A stretch of 64,000 nt of DNA from Psammoneis japonica. Taxonomy: Eukaryota. A model generated the notes under the pieces. The model was not told the DNA's origin and searched no databases. It saw nothing but the letters and a program-made list of their open reading frames with translations. The stretch is taken from NCBI GenBank assembly GCA_008632985.1, contig QPGO01000230.1, forward strand, positions 1-64,000, given 5' to 3'. Position 1 is the stretch's first letter. The number at the start of each line of letters is the position of its first letter. This document shows positions 1 through 12,969 of this stretch, piece by piece. A program made the translations under genes and the position numbers.

Positions 1-3000
1 TTTTGAGGTGGTGATGACCCATTGAACTTTTAAAAGAGTTCATTTGTTTTCCATGAGGTGAGTGTGAAAATTGGTTTCAAGAATTTTGACAATCTGTTTC
101 TCTTTGCAGTCTGACTTTTGTTCCACCATTGCTTGGTTGTGCAAGAATGAATTTAAGAAGCTGGAGATGCAGCAAGTGGCACATCATTTTTGCAAGCTTG
201 TTGGCAAAAAATTGTTCAACGGCAACTTGAAAGGATGTCACCAGAAGTTTCCAAATTGGAAGAATGATGGAAAGGCATGCCAAAGGGAGAGAACGATTTT
301 GGGCGGGCGAGTCATCCATTTGTGCTTTGTTGAACATTGGAAATGGCAAAATTGGTTGTTTTCCAAGTTGCTCTTTTTGTTGTTTGCAATCAAAAGGATG
401 TCAACAAAGAAAGAAGAGTTTTGTGCTTTTTGCATGGCTTTGGGTCTCTTTCTAAATTTTCATTGGTTGCAACGACACATTCAAATTGTGATCTCTGAGT
501 CATTTGTTGGGGATTTGGAAAGCAAGGTGACAAAACTCAGAAAATGTTTGAAGTCTCACACAAAAGTGGCTCACACATGGCTGTTGCAAAACTTTTAAAT
601 TGCACTTTGGAGATTCACATCCCAAGGCAAAAGCGCTGCACCAAGCAACAAATGCTTGAAGATGAAAAGCAATGTACAAAGAAGGCTGGGGTGCAGGGCA
701 GCAATCAAGTTGGAGGAAGTGATTTCAAGGTGAGTCCAGTGCAAATTCAGTAAAATGCACCAGTTGTGATGCCTCAAGACACAGCAAAGAGAGCAGTTGT
801 GAATGCAGTTGTCAACCACAGTTGCAATTTGGTGACATTGGAAATCCTCCAGGCTGCAGCTTGAGTTGGTGACAAACCCATCAGTGATTGAAGTGGCAGA
901 GTCTGCCAAGCAGAAGTTGTGCATGCACAAGTGGATGCAAGTGCTTTCAGAGCACAAGCCCATTTGATTTAATTTGGAAATTGTGGGGTGCATGTTTGTT
1001 CATTGATGCTTTTTGTGTTGTGCTTTTTTTGTTTTTTAAATGTGGTTGCTGGTGGAGTTGGTCTGACAGAGAAAGATGACAACGAAAGTGGTCACAAGAA
1101 AAAAAGACACACAACTGAAACTGCCAAGTTAACTTCCAAAACTCACGCCAATGAGGAAGAGGTCAAAGAGGACAGCTCAAGCAACAGCGATGGCGAAATT
1201 TCCAGTGAAGAAAATGTGGAATCTGCAACTGGAGAGGAGCAAGAGAAAGTTGCAGAAGTGGACAGTCCAGTTGAAAAGGGCAAGGAAATGTTTCAGCCAC
1301 ATTTGGAAGACAAGAGCAGCAAGAGCAACAACAATTCAGTGTCAAGCAGCAATTCCACCACAATGTGATGGTTGCATTGGCAACAGCGTGCATGTTCAGT
1401 CATTGTGTTTGGTTTGCTTGAAGTTGCCAAAACATGGTGTGTTTGAGATGTTTTCATGCAGCAATTGAGTTTGATTGAAACACAACTGCTGCAATTCATG
1501 TGATGCAAGAATTGGCAAGCTTTGTGAGCAAGAAACATTGGCAACATCTCACTCTCAAATGATGAGATTGACAACACCATTTGCAACTTGTCATGCTTGT
1601 TTTTAAGTCAGTTGTCAAAGATCCTGTGTTGATGACAAACAAAGATGGTGTTGTCATGGGCTTTGTTGCCAACAAACTCAAATTGAAAATGAGAGAAAAG
1701 TGCAAACAGAACCTGGATTGGACAGAAGATGTGATGATGATTGTGAAGAAAAAGGTCATCCCGAGTGGTGTTGTTCAAGAACCACACTGGACATTCATGC
1801 TCAGGGAAGAAGAAATGTTTTCCTGTTTGGGTGAATGGTGGTGAGTTGGTTGAATGAAAGCAAAGAAAGCTCAGAAGACATCCAACTCCAAATCCACCAT
1901 CACACTTGCACAAAGTGCACAAGTTGATCATCCATTTGAATCCCAAGGAGAGTCAGATCACCACAAAAATCATTTTGTCAAGACACAGTGTTGGTGGGCA
2001 GTTTGGCAGGATTGAGATGACATCAGCAAATCAGAGAGGCTCGCGCCATTGACTTGACATGTTTGCAGCCATTGTGCCACAAATGTTGTGTCAAAATTCA
2101 AAGCAGTGCAAGCACAGCCAAAGAAAAAGTGTCAATGTCAAGCCCGAAAGACAACAAAAAACCCACCAACATGCTGACAATGATGCCAGAATTCATTCGA
2201 GTTTTGCACGTGCAACACACAAAAGTCAGTGCGCGACAACTGCTCTTTGCTTGCATGACTGCATCAACTGCACAATGCTCACTTTATCATCAGTGGGGAG
2301 TTTGGCAAGATCACATTGCAAGGACAAATGAGAAAGGATCAGAGCATGTTGAGTTGTCACATTGAAATGACAAATGACATGACATGTGTGCAGCAAATTG
2401 CTGAAGCTTGCCCAGATTTGTTTTGCAACATTGTGCCCAAGTCAGATTTTGAAGATGTCATTTTTAAAATTGTTTGTCTTTTGTGTCTCTGACTGCTGCA
2501 ACCAGGAGAAGAATCTGATGATTTTGCCATGAAATCCAAGAAGTTTCCAAAGTGAAAAAAATGCAAATCCAAGAAGCAAGGAAAAATTCAGAAAAGAACT
2601 CATGCGCGACATGTTTGCCACAACTTTGACAAGTCTGGCCAAGTCTGGCAGGGCTTCTGTCAAATGAAAGGTCTGGGCAGCAAAAAGATGGCTTCTGCAA
2701 CAGCTGGGGCACTTTGTTGCTCCAAAAAGCAAACCAAAGCTTGCCTTTAAACTGAGAAGCAGCACAATGACACCAGCTCAAGGTGTGATCTCCACCACCA
2801 AGTGAGTTTGTGTTGTCTGAGTTCACATTGTCTGCAGCTGGACTCAATTGAAGTGCAGCTGGACTCATTTAAAAGAAGAGTCCTTTGAGGACAAAAGACA
2901 ATCCATTGTGAGGGATCATCAAATTTTGTTTCAATGCGTGCAAGACATTCCCAAAGGACTCCATGATTTTGACATTCACAAATGACATTTCACACAGAAT

Positions 3001-6000
3001 TGACATTTTGTCCATTGGAGTTTTCAATTGAAGCACAAAGTTTGACAGCTCAAATTGAGTTGCACACAGGAACAGGTTGTGCTTGTCTCAAAATGATGTC
3101 CAAGGAGAAAATCTGCATTGCATTGCAAGCTGATTGAACCAAACTGGCAGTTGATTTTAAAAATTGCACATGAAACAGCCAAAAATTCAATTTGAAATTA
3201 AATTGTAGAATCGCAGTTGCTTTTCCATTGTTGCAAAACACAGTCACACCACAAGTCCAAACAACACACGTGCACGTGCATGTCAAGAGTTGTGCTGTCA
3301 TGTTTCCAGGTTTCTGCTCAATTTTTGAATCACAACATGCAATCATTTGTTCACAACCACTGCAATCACAAACAAAATTGTCGTTGCCATTTTCTTTGCT
3401 GTTTTCATTTGCAAAATCTGGGGCTGCTTGAGAAAACAACTGCGATGCTCACAAATCAAGAATGAGCAGGAAGGAATCAAAGTTGAACAAAAAAGGAGGA
3501 AGTTTGTCTTCTGAGAAATGGAGAGGTGCTCCTTCTCTGTCAATGTTTCTCTTGCTCAAGAAAAACAAAACTCAAGAGGCTGTCAAGGACACAAGAGATG
3601 CAGCTGGTTTGCATGTCATGGGGCTCATAGACAAAAAAGGTGAGCTGGCTGCTGAGTGTGGCAATGTTGTAATTGTGGTCATGGACAATGGGAGACATCC
3701 CAGAAACAATGGATTTTGGCCACGCACCGCTGGTCTTGCAAAAGATGGCGATGGTGTTTGCAATTGCAGCCCCAAGCATGGCAGTGCAAAACCCCAAAAA
3801 AATTGTGTGAATGACTTGGTTGAACTCAACATTGTGGACAGCAGTCATTGTTGAAAAGATCTGTTGAACAATGTCATGTTGTGCAACACAGAGACATGGA
3901 CAAGAAGAACAACAAGCATTGGGGATGCAAATGTCTGCTTGTCATTGCTGGTCAGGACATGGATGAAGGTCTTTGGTTGAAAGTTTTGGCAACTGTTTTG
4001 GAGGTGAGCATCACATTGTCTCAACATTCAATCACTGCAAATGCACCATGAAACAACAAAACATTTTTGCACTTCACCGCAGACTGCCATGACAACTTGA
4101 AATGCTGAGATGAGCAAAGGTTGCATGGGCAACAAATGTCACATCAACAAATTGAATTGGCATGCCCAGCCTGAGAAGAAATGCATTTCCTGAATCAGCT
4201 TGTTCTGGATGACAACATTGTCAAGATCATGACAACTCATGGAACAGGATTCACTGAGAATTGGGCAAAGGAAAACCCAGACCAAGCTGCCATGTTCTTC
4301 CATCCCAGCACTCACTTGCATCCTGTTGAGGTTCTTGGCTGTGGACACATGAGCCCGGCAATTAATTTGGGAGACAATCAAGATGAAGAAAAGACAGCTC
4401 CTTCCAACAATCCACCAAAAACTTTGAAAAACCTTGATGAGAGCAAGCCAAACAAGTGTCTTTGGTTCCTCCATGCACACGTGAATGAAGTCAATGAATG
4501 ACAAGAACCTGTGAAAACTGCTTGTCAAATGGTGTGAGTGTCAATGTCAAATGGTGTCATTTTTTAAATTTTCATCTCATGTGCTGTCATTTGGCATGAC
4601 AGCACTGGAAATGTGTTTTGCTTGTGATTAAATCAATTTTTAGAAGTGCAGTGTTTCTGCTCCATTTCCAACATGATGGCATCCAAGTGTGCCAGCTCTT
4701 CAGACTTGTTTCTTTTTCTCGGCACAACTCCATCCAAAGAAAACAGGAACTCCAATGGCAAATTACAGCCACTCTCTTGTCACCCAACTTCAACTCACAA
4801 TCAGCACTGGAAACCCCATGAGCAGGGTGCGCTTTGTCTTTTTTTCTGCCAAATTGATCGCTTTTCCCATTTTGTGGATCCTTCTTTAAAGACGCTGAGA
4901 TCAAGAACAGATGACAATCGAACTGAATGATGGGTTTGAATCAAGGATTCCTTCATTGTTGTGCCAATGATGGACTCAAAAGGAGCAGCTGACTTTTGTT
5001 TGATGCAAATGTCAGATTCGTCAATGTCGTGATCATTGCCAATCTTTGTGCCAACCATTGTCACACTGGCACCATTCAACAACATGAGAACAACAATTCA
5101 AGCAACAACAAAGAGGAAAGCTTGACACAAGAACAATGTTCACAACTGCTCTCAATCAACATTCTCAATGCAAGAAGACCACACAAATTTTTGGAGGCGA
5201 AAGAATTTAAAAGATGCAATTGTTTGGCTCTTGTGTCAAAATGAACACAGGATTCAAGATTTTGAGGAAGCAATGTCAAATGTGTGTGATTTGAGTTTTG
5301 TTCACTTTGATGTGTCACATGAATTTTTCAGCAAGACATCCTCTAAAACAGCATGCCAGTGACCACTCGCTCATTTGTTGTGCCAAAACAATGCAAAAAC
5401 AAGACATGTTGCCACACTGTGCAATTTTGGCGGTGCAATTCTTGACAAACAACTTGGTCACATTGTGACACTGCAAGAAACCAGACACATCATTGCATTT
5501 TCCAATTACAAGCACAATGGACAATGGCAAAGAATTGCACAAAGTGCCATGTTTTCAATGCATCGCACATTCAAAATTGCATGTCCGACACACAACATTG
5601 GAGCACTTGCAGCTTGTGGATGGAATGTGCAACCATGAAAACAAAATGTGATGTCAAGGAGATCACCCTGTCAAGCAAAATTAGAAACACAGAAGAAAAA
5701 AAAGACAGCACAACTCATGAAACAAGACCATGCATCACTCCACATCAAAGAACAAAAAGGACACAAAGTGTGCAAAGAAAACATCCTGTTGTGGACAGAG
5801 TCGATGGATGCAAAAGGAGTGCCACTCAAAAACGAAGGAAAGCTTCAAACATTGTCAACTGAGTTGATGTGGTTGTGGAGGACAAAGATGAGCGCAAATG
5901 AATTGTGCATTGCCAAAAATGCAAGTTCAGCTGCAAAAGGAGAAAATGAGACACATGATGTCCATTGTCCTTGCCAAGTGTTGTTTTCAACTAAACTGAT

Positions 6001-8100
6001 GCAACAGAAAGGAGAAACAAGTTTGTTTGCTCTGACCATTTCAGAGTTGACATTGGTGGCAGGAAATGAAGAGGTTGATGATCTTCAAATGTTCCTTGCA
6101 TCTTGTGACTTCATGATGCTGCAAGCTGCGCTAAAACCACTGCATGCATTTTCAAAACCAGACAAAGTTTGTGGTGATTGGAGACATGGCATGGGTTTTG
6201 CTGAGCCAGCAACCTGCAAGAACAGGTTTTGCTCAGATGTCACAAACTTGGAAAATGGAATGGTGCACCCAAGAACATCTCAAGTCCAGCTGGATGGAGG
6301 CATTAAAATGACAATTGTTGTGGATGGTTTGTTGAGACTTTCAAGTCTTTCTTTCTTGTCTGCACAGTGTTTGGGAACATTGCCCAAGATTGAGTCCAAG
6401 ATGTCACCATTGGCTCTCCCTGCTTTAATTTCAAATTCAAAAAGCCAACATCTTAGAAAATGAATGAATGTGAAGAAGCAATCCTGTGCATGTGAAGAGC
6501 ATCAATCCTCATGTTGGAAGGAAGGAATGCAAGTCAAGATGGCAATCATGTTTGCAACAATGTCTTTGTGAAAAGACCCTCCTGCAATCCCACACAAAAT
6601 TTTGGACCTCCCAAACCAGCATGCCCACACGTGGATGAGAACAACATCAGCACTCTTGAGTTGGCAGTTGTGGTGGTGTGCAAAATTCCAGAAGAAGCTT
6701 TTGTGGTCATTGATCTGGCAGAAAGAGTTGCAATGTGATGTGCTGCAACATTGGCCAATCCAACAACCTTGAGCTGCACATCTTTGGGTGCAACTGCTCA
6801 AAACAGCATCACAGCAATGTCTGTCTGCACAATGATTTTGAAAGACTGTGTCCTCCTGATTCTTGGATGACAAGAATGGCACCACATGCAACAAAAAATG
6901 TGGAGGAGTGGTCAACTTGTGTTGAACAACAACCACTGGAAAAACAAAAATCCATCTTGGACCAATCGCACAAATGTGAAAACCCACAAAAACAAATGAC
7001 ATTGGTTTGCAACAATCTTTAGAATCTGCACAGGTTGATCCATTTAAAATGACAAAAATGACTTGAATGACCCTGTCCCATTGAATCCAGAGCACACTGA
7101 TTGTCAACATCTAAACAATGATGTGCTCTAAAACTGCAGCTCAATCTTCCAGCTGCAGAATGTGCATCTCGTCATTGTCACAAATGAAGTCATGCTGACT
7201 TTCTCTGCATTGTCAAATGAAGTGTTCAGCACGAGCTTGGAGAATTCTCTTTTGTTGCCTTGCAAGCCTGTCCCCACATTGACAATGTGTTGTGGAAGCC
7301 ATGACAATGACAAACCAACAAAACCACAACAAGCTGTTGCAAAACAAAACAAAAATGCACTGTGCTTGCCAAAAACAAGATCAGTGCAGAAGTGCCCAAC
7401 AGCTTCTGCGCTGATGACCTTGAACATCACACAGAACCTGCCAAGCAAGAGCAGCCAGTCTTGTCAAGCAACAAAAATGACGTTCCTGCAAATGCCAACC
7501 AATTGCAACATCAACCATGAAAAAAGGAAATGCCTTGCTGAGATCAAGAAAACAAACAAAGAAAAGATGAAAATTTGAGGAAATCATTGTCTCGCCCATT
7601 GCCGAAGGACATGAAACACAAAAAGCCCATGGAATTTGGTGTTTGCACCATTGACACAAACAAATCAACATGTTGTTCCTGTCAATTGTCTGACATTGTG
7701 CAAAGCCCATTGGGATTTTTTTTGAAGCCTTGCACAGCCCGCATGAGACCAGGGAAGATCAGTGCCAAAATGACAAAAAAAAACATGACCCACATCATCT
7801 GACCAGATCGCCAGGTTTGGAAAACAAAAGCAAATCAATGCCAGTCATTGTGCCAGTCACAATGGCCAAATCCTCACAAAAGAGCAAATCTGTCATTTTG
7901 TGAACATGTTCTGCAATGAAAATTTTGTGTGTGGGTGCTCTTGCCAAGCCATTGCAAGTGGTCACACAAAGCAGAAATTTCCCATGTGGAATGAGTGCCA
8001 TGCTTGCCAATGTTGAAAGTCATTTGAAAACTGCCCCCCCCTTTGGAAACCCCAATTTGGGCAACAGCCAGAAGCTGTCAGATGTCAATGATGGTGCACT
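1..8100. other. Heavily degraded, unclassified repeat/TE-derived sequence (TpA- and CpG-depleted)
   Basis: Almost no TA or CG and a large TG/CA excess. Only fragmentary Cys/His-rich ORFs with no domain I can recognise. Confidence 0.45.
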
Positions 8101-8199
8101 CAATGGGAAACTTGTGCACTCCCAATTGTGGTCATGTTTGAATGTCATGGCAGTTAAAAGTTGGAAGCACTGGGAAGAGCATCACAGCACAATTGCAAC

Positions 8200-9448
8200 A
8201 ACACAAGCAGCAAACACAACACATTGCAGCTGGCAAAGGCAATGGCAAGGAAGAAGGCAAGGAAGGAGAGGGCGATGGCAGAAGACACACCAAACAGCCC
8301 AAGGCCAGCAGCAGTGTTGTTGTGGGTGGGAGCTGCTGGTGATCACCAATCTCTGAAGAGAGAGGTGGAACAGGTGGCACAGAAAGAGCTCTTCCCAAAA
8401 GCAAAATTCCTGGTCAAGGCAGACATGGCAAGTGGTGGCAAGGTGTCATGGCTGATGTGGAAAAACACAGCCAGTGGCAAGTTCAGCAAACAAGACTGAA
8501 CAGGATTGTGGGAAGACTGGGCAAAAAAGTGTGTCCAAAAAGGAACACCATGACCCAGACAACAATGAAGAGTGCAACAAGCAAGTGGCAAGTGCTGGGG
8601 GTTGCATTTCCAAGAGGGCACTGGGTGTGGTGCTGCCAACAAGGCTCTCATTTTGCTGCAGTCATGATGACAAAAGAACAAGCCAAGGAAATCTGCAGGA
8701 GGAAGAAACCAGCAAAGAGAGTGAAAAAAAAGGAAGAACAAAAAGGCCCAAGCAGACATTGAAGAACCATTCCTGGCAACTTGGGAGGATGAGACAGAGG
8801 ACAACATTGTGTGCAAGAAGTGGACAAACAAGGAGGCACACACCTGGTTCTACAACAACATTCTAAAGTTGACAAAGAGTGCTGCAATGTGGAGAAGGAT
8901 GGTGGAGTCTGGCAACACCAAGGCTGCAGAGCTGGCTGTGGCAAGCAACGAGGCACTGGCGCTGTTGACGTTGGAGAACTGCTGGAAGGTTTGGGAGCAC
9001 AAGGCCATTGAGGATAAATCCATGTGAGAAGGAAAGGACAAAGGGAGTGAAGAGGAGATGAGAAGGGAGCAAAACTGGCACCCTTGTGTGCAGACCCATC
9101 ATGACTGTGACTCTTGGAAGGATGAAGGAACAAAGCAATTCAATGCCCTGCTTGGGGAGGCAAAGGAGAACAGAGCAAGTGAGCCAGGTGTGCAGCTCAA
9201 CACATGGTGCACCAACGGAAAGAAAAGGGAGAGTGAGGAAAAAGGCAAAAAGGGCAGAACCACAAAAAAAAACAGCTCAGATGGAGACAAGAACACAAGC
9301 AATGACAGAGCTTTCCAGTGACGATGAGGACAACACAGACAAGATGATGGAAAAACCTGGCAACAGAAAGGACAAGGAAGAAGGGGAAGAGAGCAAAGAA
9401 AATTGTGACAATGACAAATGTGGAGCAACTGCAGTGCAGGCCTGTTGA
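8200..9448 (+). pseudogene. Degraded hypothetical protein, probably a DNA-transposon accessory ORF
   Basis: Protein-like frameshifted segments ELFPKAKFL, SNEALALLTLENCWKVW and SWKDEGTKQFNALL, followed by an acidic/basic low-complexity tail. Family not assigned. Confidence 0.35.
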
Positions 9449-9859
9449 AAATGAAAAACAGCCAACACCACAGCATCAGTTTGGTGTTCATTGACAAGCC
9501 ATGTGAAATGGCAAAAGCAACAGTTCATTGTTCATTGAGGAATGTGGCACAAAATTCATCGCACAATTCATGGCAAACATGAAAATTGGCGTGCAACGCA
9601 AAAAACAAATGAAGTTGATTGTCAGCTTCTGCAGCAAAAGAAGGCATGCACTCAGCAAATGATGATCTCTTTACAGCCAAGATGAAGGCCCCACAGCAAA
9701 AATCAGTTGTCTTTCACAGGTGACTTGTTGTTGCAGCTGCGCAACTGGCAAGGTTTGAAAGCATGAAAATGATGCCTGTGAAAGGAACAAAAATCACTGT
9801 GAGAAAGGTGTTGACCACTGCAATGTGTGCTCTGATGTGATCCTGTGCTTCTTCTTCTT

Positions 9860-11030
9860 CATGTCAGAGCAAGCAAAATGTTGGTGATTGCGTGTGAGTT
9901 GAACCAAGTTTTGCCAAATCCTGGCGCTGTGGCCTTGTGTGTCATGACTGGAGCTCCGCCATTGGTGTGCAACTGCATGACTTCATCTGATGGATGGATG
10001 TTGGTGATGAGCTTCTCATTGCAAAAGATCGTGGTTGTGGACTGGTTGTCCAACAAAATCCAGTCTCTCATGTTGCCAGATTGACCCTGGCAGAGAGATG
10101 CATTGATGTGCACACCAGCCCATCCTGAAACAGCAGATTTCATTCCAGCAGTGGATTCTTTTGCAGAGGAGTTGGCAATGCTGGCATTGTCACTTGCCTG
10201 AGCACTGCTTGCTTCTTGCTTGGCCTTGTTGGCAGCCCATTCTGTTTGAGGTTTTCCAGGCCTCTCCCAGCAGTTGGTGGAATGGTGCCCCCCCTTGCCA
10301 CAGCACAGCAACACTTGCCTTCTAACTGAGCAAAGGAAAGGATGAGTTCTTGGTTTTCCTCCTTTTCCGTGGATTCAGAATTGTTGCTCTGATTGCTCTT
10401 GTTTTGGTTGTTGTTGGTCTTGCTGACACAGTCAAACTTGTGGTTGCTCAACACAGAGTTGGCTTCTGCAACAGACTTGGGATGTTGGTCATTTCTGAGT
10501 GACTGCTGGGTTTTCAATCCTCTCAGAGTCGAATGGCATTTGTGCTGATTTGCACTCTCCAAGCAAATGCAGCCCATCAACTGGCTGAGTGCATGTTCTT
10601 GACACTTCTTGACAGCATTTGCATCATTTTCATCACACTCAGACATCCCTTCTGCCACTTTGGTGAGGATGATCGGTTCTCCAATGTGAGACTTCATGAT
10701 GTCTCTCGTGACCCTGAGTTGCTTGGTGCAATCTTGGAGACTCTCCTTCTGTGTGGCTCCAATCACGGCTCTTTTGCAGAATCCAAAATGATTGCCATGT
10801 TGCACCTGTGCTCTTGATGATTCAATGCATGCTTCTCAATGATCTTGGTCTCAAAGTCAGATCTTGCTTGGATCTTGTTCTTCATTGCCTTGGAGCACCT
10901 CTCCCAGAGCAAAGCACAAGCCTTGATCAGGTCACTCTCACACATCTGGAAGCACATGGCAAGCTCTTGGCTCAAAGCCAGTGGCATCTTCAACTTGCAG
11001 TCAAAAAGCCTGGATCAAAGGTTGCAGCAT
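9860..11030 (-). mobile_element. Ty1/copia (CoDi-like) gag-protease fragment
   Basis: gag-like NDQHPKSVAEANSVL, zinc-knuckle-like CCGKGGHHSTNC and protease motif WILLDNQSTTTIFCN...GFGKTWFN. Frameshifted, no LTRs seen. Confidence 0.75.
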
Positions 11031-11199
11031 GAGCACAAGTCAATCAACTGGCACCAAAAGGCAACTTCCTTTTCCTGCTTTCCATGGCAGAATTCATCAG
11101 ATTGGGATTTTGGTGAAGCAATGAGCAGATCAAGGTTGTGCCGGTTTCTTCTGCCTTTTCAAATGGCATGGAGTGCATCATGGATGCCTCTGATTTTAC

Positions 11200-11930
11200 A
11201 GCATTGACACTCAACCTTTCAAACAAATGTGGAAAGAGGCAAGAGTGAAAGTTGTCACATGGCAAGACATCCTGCTTTGTGCGAGTCTCCAACAAGAGAT
11301 GCATGCAAACCTTGGTGGCCTCCTTGAATGCAGAAGCAATCCAAAGGCATCTGCCCATCCTTGCTTGTTTTTTGGAACACAACCAAGTGCCATGCTCTAA
11401 CAGGAATTTAGCCACATTGCCGTTTCCTCTCAAACTCTCAACATGCAGTGCTGCAGTCCTTTCAGCAGTGCGCTGTTCTGGGTTGATGTCATTTTCCAGA
11501 AGCATGCAAGCAAGGCTGAGGTTTTCTTGTCTGGTGCATGCAAGCAGCAAAGGTGTCTACCCCCTGTTGTCTGAAGCATTCACATTGGCACCCCCAGTTC
11601 AACCAGCAAATGTGCGATGCCTTCCTGACTGCACTTGCAGGCACAAAGCAATGGCGCATGCATGCACTCATCTCTGGCTTCCAAATCAGCGCCATTGTGA
11701 GCAAGAGCCCCAACGACATCAGCATTGACAGCATCATCCCCACAGCAACATTCAAATTGCAAAGGAGTGAGACTGCTCCATTTTGTTGCATTGATGTCAG
11801 CTCCATGCTCAACTGACAAGCTTGTGAGTGCAGGGTGGCCCTTGCTGCATGCAACAAACAGTGGCGTTTCTGCAGAATTCAAGTTGTCAACAGCATCCAG
11901 CATCCACCCATGCACTGCATGACAGGAGCA
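11200..11930 (-). pseudogene. Ankyrin-repeat protein pseudogene
   Basis: ETPLFVACSKGH...VEHGADINA, LAHNGADLEARD, TAALHVESLRGNGNVAKFLLEHG. Broken across frames. Confidence 0.75.
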
Positions 11931-12969
11931 ACTGCATGACAGCTTCAGAGCTGTTGTGGCAAGAGAAATGAAGAGAGGGTGAGTTCACACCATTTCTTGG
12001 CTCTGCAATTTCACCGTGGCCCAAGAGCACCTAAACCATTTTGGTGCTTCCAGTGGCCACAGCATGAAAGAGTGGTGCCAGTGCATGGGCTTGGGGTTTT
12101 TAGGGGGGGATCAGGGGACCCCCAGTTTGTTTTGTCTGGAAAAATGGGTCACGAGCCACTTCCATCATGCAGCTGCCATCTGGCAGCACACACCACACAC
12201 ACAGAGCCAAATGAGCCCCGTTGACCCCCCCTTTTTTGATTTCCTTGTGGATTTCCCAATGTGAAAAAACTCCTTCCTGAAACCCTGAGCCTGGAGTGGG
12301 TGCACATCCAGAAAACACAGTGCAACATGGGCTCACAATTTCTTCCCCAGAATTGTTCAGCAAGTGTCAAACTTCCTCCAAAGTGCCATTCTCTGTTGTT
12401 CAACAGAGATCTTCCATTGCAGGCAACGGAGTTTGTGAGTCAGAAGAGAAGATGCACAAGGCACTCTTGGCAGAAGAAGTTCACAATGAAATGAATGAGG
12501 AGAGTTGAAGTCATTCCAGTCTGGCAGAGGGGGAGGAGTCCTCATCATGGCAAGTGTCGCTCACCAAGGGGGCTGAGTTTTTGAAAGAGAAGGAAGCGCG
12601 GGAGTTGTGCATGGAGACACCCAGGGTTTGAATGGGCGTGCAGAGAAAGACCCGAGCAAAAGACACATGACGACCATTTTCAAACACAAGTCCACCTGTC
12701 ATTGGCAAAGGACAAGATGAAGTGGAGCAATGGCAATCTTTCGCGCTGTAGAGTCATTTACGTAGAAATGTGCAGAACAGTGCCAAGACAATTGTTGAAC
12801 AGTCTGTCTGTCTGTCCTCAGTGAATTTTAAGTTTGCGAAAAATGGACTTGACTGTTTTCTGATCAGGTGCACTTTTCTTCAACACATTTGCAAAAATGT
12901 GCCTGACCCGACAACAGTCAAGTCTATTTTTGCACAAATCGTGTGAACATGTCAGTTTCAGTGCAAAAA

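Noticed and set aside
3400..7900. Possible additional large transposase
   Set aside because: No diagnostic motif recognisable in any frame. Left unclassified.
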